From positions 10,106,001-10,170,000 of the forward strand of contig NW_024704749.1 in the NCBI RefSeq assembly GCF_018977255.1: a stretch of DNA of 64,000 nucleotides. Direction: 5' to 3'. Both the position numbers and the translations under genes were made by a program. Below the pieces are notes generated by a model. The model did no database searches. It saw nothing but the letters and a program-made list of their open reading frames with translations, and was not told the DNA's origin. Position 1 is the stretch's first letter. Each line of letters begins with the position of its first letter. Source of the DNA: Callorhinchus milii. Lineage: Eukaryota. Of the stretch, positions 60,401 to 64,000 are shown piece by piece.

Positions 60401-63400
60401 CGTCTGAATCCAGTGCCCAGTCTGCCCAAGTCCAGAACACAATAATCAGTCACATTGCAGCAGTGTGGAAATGGAACACTCAACAATCAACAATCTCTTC
60501 GTCAATTCTCAAGGATAGCAGATCATACATAGAACAGGACACCGGGTAAAAGCTCCTTCTACTGAGTCTTCCTATATCCCCGGCTCGGATGCCCAACCAG
60601 AAGAGTTAAGGTCTTTGAGACGTTCTCTCAATGTGAAAGACGTTAAATGAATGTAATTTGTATTGTAAACGTACCCTAATAATGGGTCTTAATCCGAATC
60701 TAACAGCACTGCGCCACCCCACATCCCCTACCCCCCAAGTAATACTTCTGATATCGCTCGTCTTGCTTTGTAGGAAGAAAAGCCCTCAAAACGTCATGGC
60801 CATGAGGCGACTTCAGCACAATGTAACCAACCAGGGTAACCGGGTGGGTGGTAGAAGGCAATCCCCCACAAAAGCTCACCTGTGGTGCTACATAATATGG
60901 AGTGAACTGTGGAGTCATCAGGTCCCCGTGATCGATTTTGGCAAACCCAAAGTCGCACAGTTTAACTGGAGCATCCTGCGGAAGAGGAAGTGACAGGTAT
61001 CAAAATTAGGATCTACCAGGATTAGGATTTTAATTAGGATCTACCTCACACCTTGTCTATGAAAAATAGACATTTCTGTTACACACCTACAAGACCCGGG
61101 ACACATTCTATATATGTGAGTTCCTCTATATTTTATTGATTTTTTTTAGTTGAATTTTAGTTGCCACATCACTAGTTTAGAAGAGCTCTTCTTTGTATGG
61201 GATTCTGTTCACTTACCAGCGAGTTGTCCTTAAAGAGGAGGTTCTCGGGTTTGAGGTCTCTGTGGGCAAGGTTTAGGGAGTGACAGTGCTGAATAGCCAG
61301 AGCGATCTCCAAAAAAAACACAACAAGGGCCGAGATTAGTAAATACTCTAACACAGCCATACTGTACTCGATCAGCTTTTGGGGGACTATTCCCCTCCTC
61401 ACTGTTGCTGGGATACATGTGTACCCAGTGGCCGTTCGGACATTGGCCCAAACTAATGCTCCTTTAGCAAGTGATTAAACTGTGGAACGAATCACAGCCT
61501 TAGCCATGAATCCGCCCTCACTCAATATTGCCTTTCAGTAAGAGTCCTGATAACGTCAGTACTAGGAACTCTAGCTGATTGTTCTCTCGCTAACAAGGAC
61601 CTGAGGATAAATATAGCTCCTCACCAATGTCTGTCTCGTCTAATATCAGTCAACTCAAAACCCAGCTGGAATCAAACCGAGGACTCTGAATGTTGTTTAG
61701 ACTCAGTTTCCCTCTTGGCCCTGGATTAACCAAGTCTGTGTGTGTGTGTGTGTGGGGGTGGGGGGGGAAGTATTTAACAGTGAGGATAAGAATCTTCAAT
61801 TCAATCCTCTGGAGGATGGGGAACCAGTGGACCCAGGCAAGGATGAGCTGGCGGAGCTGAGTGCGGGATAGGCCATGCGAACTGCAGAGTTCTGGATGGG
61901 CTGCAGCTGAGGGAAGTGTCGGGAAGTATGGAAAGCATAGGATTGGGCATAGTGTAGCTTGGGCGTGTTGAAAGTACAGAGAAGAGTCTCAGAGCCCTCA
62001 GGGTAGAGGTAGCGGTGGAGGCGGGCAATATTGAGGAGGAGAGAGAAAGCTGAATGAGTCAGAGCACAACACAATGCGGTGTTTAAAGGACAGTTGAGAG
62101 TCGAAGAAGACAGAGTAGTTCTGTTGTAAGCATTGCAGTAAATCAGTAAGGCAGTGCAGGAAGTTTATTCTAAACGTTGCAGAAGTTTTCACCTGAACCC
62201 AATTTCTTTTATTTTTTTTGATCTATTTAAACATTTGACAAATCTCAATCAGCTTGTACTCACAAACGTAACATTTACTGCTGTGTGGAGGAGAGGATCT
62301 TACGTTTCCTATTGAAAGCGACTGAAACTGTCAGGTTGCTGCAGATTTTGTGCTTCAGATCCCCAAAGACCCCACACAAGCTAATGCTGAGCGTGTAATA
62401 ACAGCTTTGTGGCATTGCAGGTCATGTTTCATGTTGTCTTTACCAATGTTTTGCCCTCAGGTGTTTGATGCTTATGGTCCTTCTGAACAGGCAGACAGCG
62501 AGCTCGGCTCTCAGACTGCAGTCAGCACAAATGGTACATTGCTGGAGAGTGTTCGCAATCTCACCCGACAATGCCAGCCAAAAGTAAAAGGTAGCCCTTC
62601 ACCCTTTACTGCTCCTCGGAGTGAAACCTGGCCTCTGGACAATCTAGCTGAGGATTCAAAATTGTTGACTGGGAAATACTGCAGAACTAAAGCCATTCAC
62701 TGACACACCATGTCTCCCGTTCGACTAACACTGACTAATGAGGCTGAGCTGCTTTTAAAACTGATTGCAGACTCACCTGTTTTGTGACCTGACTTGCCAT
62801 TTTCTCTGTAAAGTGCTTGTGTTGGCTGATTCTGTGAAACAGCTCCCCGCCTTCCATCATCTCCATCACAATTAGCAGCCGAGCCCTGAGGGTTGATTGG
62901 GAAAAATAATAAAACCTTGCACTCGATATAGCCACGTTCACTGCAGGAGGACATCTCAGAGCGCTTCACAAGATTTACTATAAAGTGTAAAATCACTGTG
63001 TATTTTATAGGCAAAAAAGTAAAAAAGCCAAAGAACAGGGAGTTTAAATGAATGGAAGACAATAAGGTAGAGAGAAGACACAGGAATAGTGAATAAACCA
63101 GTGAAAAAATAGAAGAGATAGATTCAACAGTTGGCATATGCCACCATGATCAGGTACATGTTGCACACAAAGGCCCCCTGAGCTACACAGAGCACCCCCT
63201 CCACTGCACCAGATAATGGAGCTTTAATGTTTTCGTCCTGGGAATTTGTGTCCACCAGGAAGTGGGTAGAAGGTGCCTCTGAGCACATTTCACTTCCACT
63301 TACCCTTGGCAGAGAGGAAGCTTAAACCCACCAGTCGGGAAGTGAAATTAAACCAATATCCCAGAAGTGAAAGGCCAGTGTTGTTGCCCACCCGATTAAA

Positions 63401-63548
63401 CGTACAAGTCCCACAATCAAAAAGGTTTTGGGCTGTGACTGACGTGGTACCTTGGACTGGACTCATGGGGGAACTGGACGCTGTTGGCGTAAACTTCAAT
63501 GATCTGAACAATATTACTGTGACCCACACACATCAGGTGGTGTCGAAC
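54390..63548 (-). CDS. MAPKAPK5: MAP kinase-activated protein kinase 5 (PRAK/MK5), last 11 coding exons; 5' exons outside the window
   Basis: join(-): 63548-63451, 62885-62777, 61306-61217, 60975-60880, 59819-59739, 58800-58613, 58366-58246, 57663-57533, 55229-55114, 54836-54732, 54481-54390. Motifs HRDLKPEN, DFG, LMTPQFTPYYVAPQ, RKRK NLS and C-terminal DRLKLAEIVKQVIEEQ. Confidence 0.97.
54732..54836 (-). CDS. MAPKAPK5: MAPKAPK5 exon
   Basis: ENEDDKLNEVMQEAWHYNKECKCLRDALQSLGWN. Confidence 0.95.
55114..55229 (-). CDS. MAPKAPK5: MAPKAPK5 exon
   Basis: TRPKDGVYIHDPENDIEDSNVALEKLRDVIAQCILPQA. Confidence 0.95.
57533..57663 (-). CDS. MAPKAPK5: MAPKAPK5 exon (NES/NLS)
   Basis: AVVAGIQQAHAEQLASMRIQDLKVSLKPLNSVNNPILRKRKLL. 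Confidence 0.95.
58246..58366 (-). CDS. MAPKAPK5: MAPKAPK5 exon
   Basis: LLKVKPEERLSIEGVLAHPWLNSTEALDNILPSSQMMMDK. Confidence 0.95.
58613..58800 (-). CDS. MAPKAPK5: MAPKAPK5 exon
   Basis: [23 protein letters not shown]...EMAKDIVR. Confidence 0.96.
59739..59819 (-). CDS. MAPKAPK5: MAPKAPK5 exon
   Basis: VLEAQRRHQKEKSGIIPTSPTPYTYNK. Confidence 0.95.
59862..60228 (+). mobile_element. Full-length tRNA-Ala SINE (long-centre subtype)
   Basis: TGGAGTCCTGTAGCTCAGTGGTTAGGACACTCGCCTCGCAAGCGAG head; CAGTAAGTAGGAATCTGGTTGTTAG module; tail. Confidence 0.88.
60880..60975 (-). CDS. MAPKAPK5: MAPKAPK5 exon (activation loop)
   Basis: DAPVKLCDFGFAKIDHGDLMTPQFTPYYVAPQ. Confidence 0.96.
61217..61306 (-). CDS. 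MAPKAPK5: MAPKAPK5 exon (catalytic loop)
   Basis: IALAIQHCHSLNLAHRDLKPENLLFKDNSL. Confidence 0.93.
61795..62115 (-). mobile_element. L2 LINE fragment
   Basis: FDSQLSFKH / LLNIARLHRYL..SETL / LQPIQNSAVR. Confidence 0.75.
62777..62885 (-). CDS. MAPKAPK5: MAPKAPK5 exon
   Basis: ARLLIVMEMMEGGELFHRISQHKHFTEKMASQVTKQ. Confidence 0.95.
63451..63548 (-). CDS. MAPKAPK5: MAPKAPK5 exon
   Basis: VRHHLMCVGHSNIVQIIEVYANSVQFPHESSP. Confidence 0.95.
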
Positions 63549-64000
63549 CTGGAGAAAAAGGAAAAGGATTTATTGGTAGGTACTGACAAGCACCATCGCA
63601 TCAGACAGCCACATACATACACCAATTTAAACACACGTACATACACCAATACAAACCTATGTACTTTCAGCAGCATCTCACAACTACTCCGTTTATTTGT
63701 GAACCTGTAATTCAGCTTTGCACATAACTATTGCCTGCCACAGCAAATATCAGACCAAAAGTCAATGGTGATGCGAGGATCCTAGAGGAATGAATACATA
63801 AAACTTGCTCCGCTTAAGAAAAAGCTGTTCTCCAGTCCGTTAAACCAGTAATATTGCAGGTGCCTGGGGCAGTCTACATACGAACAGAGAAACAGGAGGT
63901 GGCCATTCAGACCATCGAGGGTAAGACGCTTGTCTATCACATGTTTTAATTCCACTTTCCTACCTTTTCCTCCATCCACATCAGTTGGAGCTTTGCGCAA

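Overview
This is vertebrate genomic DNA, most consistent with a cartilaginous fish and possibly a holocephalan. That is an inference from the tRNA/Deu-type SINEs, the L2/CR1 repeat complement and the compact introns. The window holds the conserved TRAFD1-NAA25-ERP29-MAPKAPK5 block. I reconstructed the exons by hand from GT-AG boundaries and reading phase. TRAFD1 (-) has 11 coding exons at 13048-3636 (about 604 aa) plus a probable 5'UTR exon near 16.3 kb. NAA25 (+) has 24 exons at 18031-43444 (972 aa) and sits head-to-head with TRAFD1 across a CpG island. ERP29 (-) has 3 exons and ends in KEEL. MAPKAPK5 (-) contributes its last 11 coding exons and runs off the right edge. The first ~350 bp look like the 3'UTR end of an upstream + strand gene (HECTD4 by synteny). 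Most ORFs in the supplied track are repeat or low-complexity artefacts. The points most worth a second look are: a frame conflict in ERP29 exon 1 inside a Cys/Trp-coding repeat; transposon copies next to CpG-island promoters that have been rewritten AT->GC; a SINE nested antisense inside its own family to form a long hairpin; a 51-bp-arm hairpin element; a GAG splice acceptor in MAPKAPK5; a possible alternative NAA25 C-terminus; and no visible TMEM116 between ERP29 and MAPKAPK5. I found no convincing novel gene system.
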